Shown here in pieces: positions 26,567-36,003 of a stretch of 55,350 nt of DNA. The stretch covers positions 1-55,350 of the forward strand of contig CAYNQI010000003.1 in assembly GCA_964399335.1 (NCBI GenBank). Direction: 5' to 3'. Positions within the stretch are counted from its first letter, which is position 1; every line of letters begins with the position of its first letter. A program made the translations under genes and the position numbers. The DNA is from an uncultured Thermoplasmata archaeon. Lineage in GTDB: Archaea > Thermoplasmatota > Thermoplasmata > Halarchaeoplasmatales > Halarchaeoplasmataceae. Under the pieces are notes generated by a model that saw nothing but the letters and a program-made list of their open reading frames with translations, did not search any database and was not told where the DNA came from.

Positions 26567-28735
26567 TTATAATTTATGGGCCACGACGTATGCCTGTCCT
26601 AAGGGAACACCCATATCTCCATTAGGTATTTTATTATGAACCAACAACTCGTACCCATTTTTAGCTAGAATACCTTTAATACTTTCGACGATTGGTCTAT
26701 TATAAGATACACCACCTGATATCCCGATATGTTTACCATCTTTTTCTTCAGCTGTGTGTACAGCAACTTCTGCGATCTTTTCCGAAACTCTGGAAATATA
26801 TGATGCCGCTCTGTCAGATTTTTTCGCATCTCCAGACATCATCTCTAGGAAGGGTTCTAGGGTCAAAATTTTATTCTTCTCTAACCTCACTTCGTAATCG
26901 ATATCATCCTCTCCTTCCATCTGCAGTGCTTCCAATTTCATTGCGGGTTCACCCTCATAGGTTCGATTACAGCAAACACCTAGGGAACACGACACTGCAT
27001 CTAAAAGTCTACCAAAACTGCTGGTTTCTACACTTTTGTTCATGAGTTTATCCAGTATATCTCCTTCGCAGCCTTCGAAGAAACTCCCATCTACACCTAA
27101 TTTACGCTGTATGGCAAAAACCAGTCTTCTTGGGTCTTTCACTGCTTTCGCACCTCCCAGCAGGGGAAAAGTCTCCAGGTATGCAGTACGTTCAAAATCT
27201 TCTCCTGTACAGTACAACACTTCTCCCCCCCATATGTTTCCATCAGTACCGTATCCAGTTCCATCGATGCTTATGCTGACGATATCTTCGATATCGTGTT
27301 CTAATAGAAGCGAAGCTCCGTGGGCCCAGTGATGTTGGATTTCGAAGTGGTCGCAGTCGAACTTTTTAGAATATTCGATACCTAACTTTCTACTACGATA
27401 TTTAGGATGTAGGTCAACTCCAATACCATGAACTTCATCGATTCCGAGTATCGAACTTAAATGATCAGCAGCATCTTTGTAAAATTGAGATGCTCCATAG
27501 GAATCCAGGTCGCCTAGGTATTGACTTGGATAGACCTTACCGTCCCTGGAAAAAGCCAAACAACCGCTCTGATCCGCACCTGCAGCCATGACTTTACCCG
27601 GTAAAAAATCCAGATATTCTGGTACGTAACCCCTAGACCTCCGGATAATCGCAAGATCATCACCGTGTGCTCTTATGAGAGAATCATCTACTCTGTTGGC
27701 TATCTTCCTATCGTGAAATAGATTGTATTCGAAACCGAGTTCGAAAGCCTTCTCGTTTTCGATCACCATAGGTTCTCCAGGGGGGTTTGCGCTGGTCATC
27801 ACCAGTCCATCGACATCCATCTTATCGAACATGACAAAGTGCAATCCAGTGTAAGGAAGCATGATACCAACGGTGGGTAATCCAGGTGCAGCGAAGTCAA
27901 GTAGTTCTTTTTGATGATCTTTCTTATTATAGATCATTATAGGTCTGCGTGGTCCTTTTAGGACATCCTCACTTTCAACATAGGAATATTTAGAGATCGT
28001 TTCAACATCTGGCATCATCAATGCGAAAGGTTTCTCAGGTCTGCCATATATCTCTCTTAATTTCGGTATCTCATCTAATCTACAAACTATGTGCATACCA
28101 CCCCAGCTCTTTGCGACACCTATCTCACCCCTTTCGATGATCTTACAGAACTCATCCACTCCTCCGATGACATCTCCATGAGAGTTATATAGGGTATAGT
28201 TGGGACCACATCTAGGGCATGAAGTGGTCTGGGCGTGGAATCTTCTATCCAACGGATCTTCATACTCTTTCTCACAATCTTCACACATGGGAAAATCGTT
28301 CATAGTGGTTTTATCCCTGTCGTAAGGTAAAGAATAGATCGCAGTGAATCTTGCTCCACAATTTGTACAGTTGGTAAACGGGTACCGATATCTTCTATCT
28401 TCATTAGATCTCATCTCTCTCAAACAATCTCCACAGAGTGCGGTATCTACAGGAAGTGTGGAAGACCTTTCCCCTTCTGAACTGCTTAATATCTTGAATT
28501 CTTGTGCATCTGTACTATCTTCATATACTTCAACACTCGTTATCTCGGCTAAAGGTGGTAATTCTTTTTTCAATTCTTCAAGAAATATATCAGGGTCTCC
28601 ATCTATAACTACTTCGACTTCACTGCCCATGTTCTTGACATGACCATTGAGATCCAACGATTCTGCTACTCTGTAAACCGCTGGACGGAAGCCAACACCC
28701 TGTACCGTACCTTTCAATATTATACGCATCGTCAT
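26567..28735 (-). CDS. hypF: [NiFe]-hydrogenase maturation carbamoyltransferase HypF
   Basis: Acylphosphatase domain GTVQGVGFRP; two CxxC-x-CxxC zinc fingers; RRSRGYVP; QHHWAH; DGTGYGTDG.IWGGE; GDMGVPLGQ. Start is 28735 or 28729. Confidence 0.95.
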   Translation of the reverse strand: MTMRIILKGTVQGVGFRPAVYRVAESLDLNGHVKNMGSEVEVVIDGDPDIFLEELKKELPPLAEITSVEVYEDSTDAQEFKILSSSEGERSSTLPVDTALCGDCLREMRSNEDRRYRYPFTNCTNCGARFTAIYSLPYDRDKTTMNDFPMCEDCEKEYEDPLDRRFHAQTTSCPRCGPNYTLYNSHGDVIGGVDEFCKIIERGEIGVAKSWGGMHIVCRLDEIPKLREIYGRPEKPFALMMPDVETISKYSYVESEDVLKGPRRPIMIYNKKDHQKELLDFAAPGLPTVGIMLPYTGLHFVMFDKMDVDGLVMTSANPPGEPMVIENEKAFELGFEYNLFHDRKIANRVDDSLIRAHGDDLAIIRRSRGYVPEYLDFLPGKVMAAGADQSGCLAFSRDGKVYPSQYLGDLDSYGASQFYKDAADHLSSILGIDEVHGIGVDLHPKYRSRKLGIEYSKKFDCDHFEIQHHWAHGASLLLEHDIEDIVSISIDGTGYGTDGNIWGGEVLYCTGEDFERTAYLETFPLLGGAKAVKDPRRLVFAIQRKLGVDGSFFEGCEGDILDKLMNKSVETSSFGRLLDAVSCSLGVCCNRTYEGEPAMKLEALQMEGEDDIDYEVRLEKNKILTLEPFLEMMSGDAKKSDRAASYISRVSEKIAEVAVHTAEEKDGKHIGISGGVSYNRPIVESIKGILAKNGYELLVHNKIPNGDMGVPLGQAYVVAHKL

Positions 28736-28814
28736 AATGAACTAAATCATAGTTTTATATTTATCTGACGATGGTGAGGGAATTTATTTAAAACAGGACT
28801 TCGATTGGTACTGG

Positions 28815-29462
28815 ATGATATGTGGAATAGATGAGGCGGGAAGAGGGCCGGTCATCGGACCCATGGTAGTGGCTGGTATAGTTGTGAAAGAAGATGCTGA
28901 TCTTATCAAGTTGGATGTTAAAGATTCTAAGAGACTATCTCCCAATAGACGAAAATCTTTAGAAGCTGACATCAAAAAATTAGGTAAATATTCCTTAAGA
29001 GTGATCTCTGCCGAAGAGATAGATAATCTAAGGGAGGAGATGACATTGAACGAGATAGAAGCCGGCCTTTTCGCATCCATAATCGAAGAACTCTGTGATG
29101 AAACTGTTACGGTTTACGTGGATGCAGCTTCAACCGATGAAGAAAAATTCGCCAGTATGATACAGGAAAGACTCGACGAGCCCATGGATATCATATCTAG
29201 ACACGGTGCTGATGACTCGTATCCTGTGGTATCCGCAGCATCAATTCTAGCTAAAGTCAAAAGGGATGAAGAGGTAGAGCTTATCGAAAAAGAGTTAGGT
29301 GAAGAGATCGGAAGTGGTTATCCCTCAGATATAAGGACGAGAGACTTTTTGATGAAATGGATAGATGAACACGGTGATCTTCCACCCTATACCAGAAAAT
29401 CTTGGGAAACTGCAAGAGAGATGTTATCCCGCTCCAAGAACAGTTCTTTGGATGATTTTTAA
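28815..29462 (+). CDS. rnhB: Ribonuclease HII
   Basis: GIDEAGRGPVIGPMVV, KDSK, VSAASILAKV, GSGYPSD. Confidence 0.96.
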   Translation: MICGIDEAGRGPVIGPMVVAGIVVKEDADLIKLDVKDSKRLSPNRRKSLEADIKKLGKYSLRVISAEEIDNLREEMTLNEIEAGLFASIIEELCDETVTVYVDAASTDEEKFASMIQERLDEPMDIISRHGADDSYPVVSAASILAKVKRDEEVELIEKELGEEIGSGYPSDIRTRDFLMKWIDEHGDLPPYTRKSWETAREMLSRSKNSSLDDF

Positions 29463-29481
29463 GTGAGTAAGAAACTATTTA

Positions 29482-29495
29482 AATAACCGGTTATT
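29482..29495. promoter_or_regulatory. Perfect 14-bp palindrome (putative operator) overlapping the TATA box of the SCP2 gene
   Basis: AATAACCGGTTATT overlaps the 3' end of TTTAAATA (29478-29485). Confidence 0.55.
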
Positions 29496-29515
29496 CACTT
29501 TGGTAGTGAAAATCC

Positions 29516-29863
29516 ATGAGTGATGATTTAGAACCTAAAGAGCTTCTTGATAAGATGGTGAGTAAGTTCGAAGAAACCGTTGAAGAAAAGGATGATATAG
29601 AGGGTAAATTGGAAGGGTTTAAGAGAGATGTCTCAGTTATCTTTAATGATGATGGTAATTACAATTTTAATATAGATGAAACCGAAATAGGCGAGATCAA
29701 GGAAGGAAGTCACGAAGATGCAGATATAACGATAACTACCGATACTGAAACTCTTAATGCTCTACTGAATAAAGAAATGAAACCTATGGAAGCTTATGCT
29801 AGAAAGAAGATCAAAGTGGACGCTTCCTTTATGGATATGCTTAAGATAAAAAATATATTCTGA
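29516..29863 (+). CDS. SCP2 sterol/lipid-binding domain protein
   Basis: ADITITTD.ETL.ALLNKEMKPMEAY..KKIKVD.S SCP2 signature. Confidence 0.8.
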   Translation: MSDDLEPKELLDKMVSKFEETVEEKDDIEGKLEGFKRDVSVIFNDDGNYNFNIDETEIGEIKEGSHEDADITITTDTETLNALLNKEMKPMEAYARKKIKVDASFMDMLKIKNIF

Positions 29864-31153
29864 TCAACTGTACTGAGCTATCTTAGAAGATGGTAACTTC
29901 ATAAATTCTCTAAGGAGTGTTGTAGCATAGCATCCTTTGTTCAAGCCAAACTCAAGTTTTAAACCACCCCTATCTAGTTCCCAATTTAAATTTTTCAAGG
30001 TTGAAAACATTTCCCGTCGTGTTCCAGTCGATGAAAGACTTGAGAGTTTCGGGATAACAAAATCCTCTTTTCTAAGATTTTCATCTTCCATAATATTTCT
30101 CTCGATTTCTCCTTGAACTCCCCCTGAAAACTCTGTATGGCATCCTATCAACGGACCACTAACGTAAGCTTTACCCTGTTTCACCATAGAGGAAGCTTTT
30201 TCAAGATTCCTTTCTGAAACTTCGACTTTGGTATTTTTATTAGGAAGACCAGAACTATCAGTAGGTAAGAGTATGTCTCCGATTAAAGCATCATTTAACG
30301 GATAACCTCTTTCCAATCTTTTACTTACCATCCTATTAAATAAATAGGATTGATACGCATGGACGAACATCATCCTGAGGTTCCTAGGAAGCTTTTTAAG
30401 TGACCCCACATAATCCTCTGGTTTTTTTATAAGATGTTTGATAATGCTTCTCTCAAAATGTAGATTATTAGGATATATCTCGTAAGCTTTTTCGTAATCC
30501 CAAGTTTCTTCCAAAAACCTTCTAGCTTCAAAGCATTGTTCACTCTCACCTTCCATGGGATTGGCGATGTAAGTTTTGACAGCTGTTTCAAAATCTGATT
30601 TGACGATGTATTTACCCACTTCATGGGTTATAGGACGTATAGCTCCGAACCGCTGGATACCGAACCAATTAGGGAAGCCTCCTTCATCTAAGATCTTATC
30701 ACCAGCCATATCAGCAAGTTCTTTAGCCTTCTCCTGACCACAATCCATCTCTCTGATGATTATCTTGAAATCGTTACCGTGATGCATACCTAGATGTAAG
30801 GACCGATGTGACTGTTTCACTTCACAGATCTTGACGTCTTGAATATCGATTTTATTCACTTCAGTAGGATCTGCTTTAAAGGACATCCATTGTACAGTTA
30901 CAGCCCTCTTATCTTTAGTTCCTGAGAATGATATATCTTCCCTACTGATCCCTAGTTCATTAGCTAGTTTTAAAACCAATCTATTTGTCTCCCAATTTCT
31001 AGACCAAACTTTAGCTACTGAGTACTCTCCATCTCTCAACTCTGGTAATCGGATCCGTTCAGATACACAAAAATCTTCAGGGTAAACTTTTATTTTACCC
31101 CCAACTCCCTCTGTATCGGTAAAGAAAGTTTCTATTCCCACCTTACTTTCCAT
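29864..31153 (-). CDS. truD: tRNA pseudouridine(13) synthase
   Basis: PEDFCVSE, SGTKDKRAVTVQ, GFPNWFGIQRFG, FVHAYQSYLFN, KGCYATTLLRE. Confidence 0.95.
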   Translation of the reverse strand: MESKVGIETFFTDTEGVGGKIKVYPEDFCVSERIRLPELRDGEYSVAKVWSRNWETNRLVLKLANELGISREDISFSGTKDKRAVTVQWMSFKADPTEVNKIDIQDVKICEVKQSHRSLHLGMHHGNDFKIIIREMDCGQEKAKELADMAGDKILDEGGFPNWFGIQRFGAIRPITHEVGKYIVKSDFETAVKTYIANPMEGESEQCFEARRFLEETWDYEKAYEIYPNNLHFERSIIKHLIKKPEDYVGSLKKLPRNLRMMFVHAYQSYLFNRMVSKRLERGYPLNDALIGDILLPTDSSGLPNKNTKVEVSERNLEKASSMVKQGKAYVSGPLIGCHTEFSGGVQGEIERNIMEDENLRKEDFVIPKLSSLSSTGTRREMFSTLKNLNWELDRGGLKLEFGLNKGCYATTLLREFMKLPSSKIAQYS

Positions 31154-31168
31154 CTATAAACTCCTCTT

Positions 31169-31447
31169 TTACTCTTCCTCTTCAAATAACTCGTTGTATA
31201 GCTCTTTAAACTGCCCCTTTATAGATTCTGCGATATCGGTCAGTATCTCCTTTGGATCTTCACCTTCTATAGCCTGGATAGTTAAAACGGGGTCATCCAA
31301 TTCTTGGTGTTCAACAGAATAATTAGCATCTTCGACCCTTTCATCCTCTATGAGCTGTTCAATTATCGGATACATCACACTTGCATCAGCATCTAATACT
31401 TTAATAACGAGTCTTCCTTCGCCTTTTTCGAGTACTTTGAATTCCAT
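31169..31447 (-). CDS. rpoL: RNA polymerase subunit Rpo11 (L), divergent
   Basis: 92 aa with V..A.Y.VEH.ELD.P.L.I...G.DP.E.L..I. Lacks the canonical EDHTL.N segment. Confidence 0.7.
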   Translation of the reverse strand: MEFKVLEKGEGRLVIKVLDADASVMYPIIEQLIEDERVEDANYSVEHQELDDPVLTIQAIEGEDPKEILTDIAESIKGQFKELYNELFEEEE

Positions 31448-31496
31448 AGTATCACTCTTTACATGAAGTTAAAGTTAGATTACTTAAAAGTATTGG

Positions 31497-32765
31497 TCAT
31501 TCGTTGAGGTATTTATCTACCATTTTGATAGCACATACGTCTCCGCACATGGAACATGCCTCTTCTTCGGAAAGGTTCTTTTTCTCTCTGAATTTCTTTG
31601 CCTTTTCTGGATCTACTACTTTGTTGAACATCTTGCCCCAGTCAAGCTCTTTCCTAGCTTTTGATATGCTGTGATCTATGTCTTTATCTATACCTCTGGC
31701 AATATCAGCGGCATGAGCGGCGATCTTAGATGCTATAGTACCTCCTTTTACATCTTCTATATCTGGAAGACCCAAATGTTCAGCTGGCGTAACGTAACAA
31801 AGGAAATCTGCTCCTTTATAAGCAGCGATAGCACCACCTATAGCCCCGGATATGTGATCGTATCCAGGTGCAAAATCGGTAACCAGTGGTCCTAACACAT
31901 AAAATGGGGCACCATGACACAGTTCCTTCTGTATCTTAACATTTGCCGAGATTTGATCCATAGGTACATGCCCAGGCCCCTCGACCATGGCTTGGACTTT
32001 TTCGCTCCTGCATCTTTTAACTAGTTCACCAAGTGTGATCAGCTCTTGAATCTGTGGTCTATCTGTGGCATCTGAAATAGATCCGGGTCGAAAACCATCT
32101 CCCAAACTGAGTGTAAGACCGTATTCTTTAGCCAATTCGAGCAGATAATCAAATTCAGAATACAATGGATTCTCTTCTTCATTATGAAGTATCCATGCTG
32201 TTAAAAACGATCCCCCTCTACTGACAACATCTGTCAAACGTCCACTTTCTTTTAGAGAATTTACTGCTTTTTTTGTTACACCACAGTGAACGGTGACGAA
32301 ATCTACTCCTTCTTCAGCATGCTTTCTGATGCCGTTGAATATGTCGTCTGAGCTCATCTCCACGATTGCACTTTCTCTAGCTTTGATAAGACCACATTGG
32401 TAGATAGGAACGGTTCCTATGGGAAGTTCTGTTGATCTAATTATTTTTTTTCTTATTTTGTCGATATCCCCACCAGTACTAAGATCCATTATGGAATCGG
32501 CTCCGTATTTTTCAGCGACTTTAACCTTTTCTAATTCTTTATTGATATCAGATTGTGTTTCAGAAGTCCCGATGTTGACGTTTATTTTTACTTTAAGACC
32601 TTTTCCAATAGGCTTCGGAACTGGATCGTGTTTTAGATTTCTAGGTATGACTGCGTACCCTTTTTTAACTAGCTTAGCTAACTTTTGGCCTGATATCGGT
32701 TCGTTTTTAGCTGCTTCTTTCACAAAAGCTGGTACGCCTGTTTCACATTCTTCTATGAGAGTCAT
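31497..32765 (-). CDS. thiC: Phosphomethylpyrimidine synthase (ThiC family; BzaA/B/F not excluded)
   Basis: KINVNIGTS, MDLSTGG, SRGGS, EGPGHVP, CYVTPAEHL, CSMCG.VC. Confidence 0.85.
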   Translation of the reverse strand: MTLIEECETGVPAFVKEAAKNEPISGQKLAKLVKKGYAVIPRNLKHDPVPKPIGKGLKVKINVNIGTSETQSDINKELEKVKVAEKYGADSIMDLSTGGDIDKIRKKIIRSTELPIGTVPIYQCGLIKARESAIVEMSSDDIFNGIRKHAEEGVDFVTVHCGVTKKAVNSLKESGRLTDVVSRGGSFLTAWILHNEEENPLYSEFDYLLELAKEYGLTLSLGDGFRPGSISDATDRPQIQELITLGELVKRCRSEKVQAMVEGPGHVPMDQISANVKIQKELCHGAPFYVLGPLVTDFAPGYDHISGAIGGAIAAYKGADFLCYVTPAEHLGLPDIEDVKGGTIASKIAAHAADIARGIDKDIDHSISKARKELDWGKMFNKVVDPEKAKKFREKKNLSEEEACSMCGDVCAIKMVDKYLNE

Positions 32766-32877
32766 CGGGAATCCATCGGATATACTTATTTAAATCCTTT
32801 TGAAAAGATTACTAAACAGTAAAAAAAACTATATATCAATCTGGATTATTTGAAATCCCTATTAGAGGTGCTTTAGA

Positions 32878-35800
32878 TTGTCCGCAGAAATAGAATGTCC
32901 CGTATGTGAGTCGAATATTCCTTCAGATTCCGGAAAGTGTCCAGAATGTGGCGTAGATTTATCCCTTTTCGATGTAGATGATTCAGAAGCTTCCATCGAA
33001 TCTGAGGATGATATCGAAGAGATCATGGGTAAATTGATAGATGATGATGAGGATATGGAACTTCTTCAAGAGTTAAAGGGATTGAATGGAGATGATATCG
33101 AAGACGAGGAAGAATCCGAAGAGGAATATTCAGATGAAACAGAAGAGGTTCTCATGTTTGCCTGTCCTATCTGCGACGCCGAAGTATCTGAAGATGCTAT
33201 GGAATGTCCAGAATGTGGTGCAATCTTTGAGGAAGATGAAGAGGATGATGAAGAAGACACTGAGGTAGAACCTACCGATGAGAAAAGTGAGGAATTAAAA
33301 GAGGGTATTGCAAGAATCAAAAACATTTTAGGCGATGTTCGAAATTCTGAGATAGATAATTCTGTTTTTAAAAATCGAATGGATGAGCTAATGGAAATCA
33401 CAGAAAGTGGTGATTATGATGAAGGTTTAAGGTTGTTAAAAGAGCTAGAAGATATGGGGGATAATATAATCAAAATAGATAATACTTTGACTGAAATACA
33501 TTCTCATTTAGAAGATATACCTGACAGCATAGATGTTTCAGAACAGAAAGGAAGATTAGATGAAGTGAAACAGTTAGATGAACAAAGTGATTACTCATCC
33601 GTATTAACAGATCTAGAGGGTATCAAAGATGAATTATTGAAGATAAAAAATACTAAGTTGAAGGAGTTAAAAGGAGAAGTTGAAATCAAGTTAAAAGAAG
33701 CCCGTAGAGCTTTATCTGAAGCAAGGCAGACAAAGATAAAAATCGATGATATAAAACATTTGATGAGCCAAGCTGTTAAAAAAAGGAAAGAGAAAAGTCT
33801 ACAAGAAGCGATTGAAGGTTTTGAAGACGTTGTTAAATGGTCTAAAAAAGCTGTAGATGTTTATGAATCGATTTTGGAAAATAAAAAGAGGATTAAAAAA
33901 TTAAAAAAAGATGGTCTAGAATATAAAGATCATATCAAAGACTTGAAAGAGTGTAAGAAGAAAGCAGATAAAGGAAATTATATCGATGCTGAAGATAAAC
34001 TCAAGAATCTTTCTGACGAAATAACATCTAAATTGGAGGAGGTTAAAGAAAAAGAGGATGAGGAAGTTATAGAGGTGGAAGAAGAATTAAAAGAGAAAGA
34101 AGAATTAAAAGAGAAAGAAGAATTAAAAGAGAAAGAAGAATTAAAAGAGAAAGAAGATAAAAAAATCAAAGATGAAAAAGAAGGATTAAAAGAAGAGTTT
34201 AAAAAGAGGATATCAGATCTTAAAACAAAGATTTCTAAAGCAGAAGATACTTCTATAGAAATTAAACAATTAAGATTATTGATAACAGATATCAAAGAAT
34301 ATGGTCTATCTGGTAAATATAAGAAGGCTCTAAAAAAGATCGATGAGTTTGATAAGATATTTGATAAGATCATCAAGATCGATGAGAATATATCATCTAT
34401 TGAACAAAAAATAGATAAAGTAAAGGGAAAAGGTTTCGAAACAGACCGATTTGAAGATCAACTTGATGAGGTAAAATCTTTAACAGAGGACCGGGAATAT
34501 GATGCTGGGCTAGATATGTTAGATGAGATTTCGATCAACCTAACTGAGTTTGTTGAAAAGAAAGGGGATAAGCAACGGGAGGAAGATCTGCATGAGAGAT
34601 TCAAAGAAAGACTATCTGATGCTAGAAAAATGCTTTCAGAGGCAAGAGACTTTAAGCTGAATATAGATGTATTGAAAACCCTTATCAGAGACACTGTTAA
34701 AGCTGGAAATGAGGGAGAATATGAAGTTGGCTTAGAGAAAATGGATAAAATAGCTGAAAAATATGAACTTTTGAAGGATATATCTGAAAGAATAGTAATT
34801 GGTAAAGAACGTGTTAAGGAACTTAGTCAGGAAGAATTAGAGTATGATAGCTATATTAAAGATTTGAAAAGAGGGAAATTAAAGACTAACGAAGGCGATT
34901 ATGAGGGCTCTCTCTCGATCATCAATAAAGCTATAACAGATATGGAGGAAGACCTTGAGGATTTAGAATTAGAAGATGAGATACCCTCAGCGGAAGAGGT
35001 GGAGTCAGAAATTGAGGCAGAATTGATAAAGTCTGAAGAAAAAAGGTCAGAGGAAGATGTGTTATCTAACGAAGATATAGAAGCTCAGATCGAAGCAGAG
35101 TTAGATGCCGAGTTAAAGGAGGCAGAAGAAAAAGTATCTGTTGAAGAGGAATTTGAACCTATACCTGAGATAGAAAGTGAAACAATAATAGAAGAAGAAA
35201 CCGTTCAAGAAGATGTTGGCGAAGAGATACCAGAAAAAGAATTGTATATAGAAGATATCGAGAATTTAACCAGTAAGATTTATTCAATTCTTAAAACTGC
35301 AAAAGAAAACGATTATAGTTTAGATAGGGGAAAAGAGATAATCGATAAGGCTATAGAAAGTACAAAGAGGGACGATTACAAAAATGCATATGATTTGCTT
35401 TCTGAGGGTAAAGAAAAAGTTGAAGCAGAATTAGAAGAGGCTTTAGAGGATAGGATAATGGACATCAAATTAACCCTCGAAGAAACGGATTCTGAAGAAG
35501 TAGTAGAGCCTCTTAGAAACAAGTTATCAGAGATACGTAAAAGTATCGATAAAGCAAAATATGTAACAGCCATAAATAAATTAGATGAAATAGAATCAGA
35601 ATTATCGGCAGATAAAGGTCCAGCCCATGAATCTCAAAAGAAAATAACTCAAACAGAAGAAGTCATAGAGAACGCTAGATTTGTAGGTCTAGATATCGGT
35701 CAGGCTATGGAATTGATGGAAGAAGCGAAAAAAGAAAGAAAAGTTGGAAATCACATAGAGGCAGAAGACTTAGCAACTGAGGCTAGAAATGTGGTGTTAA

Positions 35801-36000
35801 GTAAGGTGCCCAAATTCATGAAAAATAAAGTATCCAAAGCCAAAAATGATCTGATGAAAGCTAAGATCGTAGGAACCGATGTGTCGAAGCCTATTGATCT
35901 TTTAAAGCAGGCTAATCTAGCTAAGGAAAATGAACAATTTGCAGATTGCCTTCATCACATTAAAAAGTTCGAAGAAGAGATGAGAGAAAGGAAGGGTTAA
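32878..36000 (+). CDS. 1040-aa acidic helical-repeat protein with two N-terminal double zinc ribbons
   Basis: CPVC..CPEC and CPIC..CPEC; about 12 helical repeats. TTG start follows SD GAGGTG. Confidence 0.8.
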   Translation: MSAEIECPVCESNIPSDSGKCPECGVDLSLFDVDDSEASIESEDDIEEIMGKLIDDDEDMELLQELKGLNGDDIEDEEESEEEYSDETEEVLMFACPICDAEVSEDAMECPECGAIFEEDEEDDEEDTEVEPTDEKSEELKEGIARIKNILGDVRNSEIDNSVFKNRMDELMEITESGDYDEGLRLLKELEDMGDNIIKIDNTLTEIHSHLEDIPDSIDVSEQKGRLDEVKQLDEQSDYSSVLTDLEGIKDELLKIKNTKLKELKGEVEIKLKEARRALSEARQTKIKIDDIKHLMSQAVKKRKEKSLQEAIEGFEDVVKWSKKAVDVYESILENKKRIKKLKKDGLEYKDHIKDLKECKKKADKGNYIDAEDKLKNLSDEITSKLEEVKEKEDEEVIEVEEELKEKEELKEKEELKEKEELKEKEDKKIKDEKEGLKEEFKKRISDLKTKISKAEDTSIEIKQLRLLITDIKEYGLSGKYKKALKKIDEFDKIFDKIIKIDENISSIEQKIDKVKGKGFETDRFEDQLDEVKSLTEDREYDAGLDMLDEISINLTEFVEKKGDKQREEDLHERFKERLSDARKMLSEARDFKLNIDVLKTLIRDTVKAGNEGEYEVGLEKMDKIAEKYELLKDISERIVIGKERVKELSQEELEYDSYIKDLKRGKLKTNEGDYEGSLSIINKAITDMEEDLEDLELEDEIPSAEEVESEIEAELIKSEEKRSEEDVLSNEDIEAQIEAELDAELKEAEEKVSVEEEFEPIPEIESETIIEEETVQEDVGEEIPEKELYIEDIENLTSKIYSILKTAKENDYSLDRGKEIIDKAIESTKRDDYKNAYDLLSEGKEKVEAELEEALEDRIMDIKLTLEETDSEEVVEPLRNKLSEIRKSIDKAKYVTAINKLDEIESELSADKGPAHESQKKITQTEEVIENARFVGLDIGQAMELMEEAKKERKVGNHIEAEDLATEARNVVLSKVPKFMKNKVSKAKNDLMKAKIVGTDVSKPIDLLKQANLAKENEQFADCLHHIKKFEEEMRERKG
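34081..34152 (+). repeat. Perfect 18-bp tandem repeat x4 (EELKEK)
   Basis: GAAGAATTAAAAGAGAAA starts at 34081, 34099, 34117 and 34135. Confidence 0.95.
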
Positions 36001-36003
36001 AAG

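Noticed and set aside
32766-32877. TPP riboswitch upstream of thiC
   Set aside because: No CUGAGA or other TPP core is present, and the promoter spacing implies a leaderless mRNA.
2017-34694. Many Ser/Ile/Phe-rich antisense ORFs (for example 2017-2547, 7185-7760, 8069-8377, 33066-33401, 33978-34376)
   Set aside because: They are reverse complements of GAA/GAT-rich acidic genes and show no independent coding signals.
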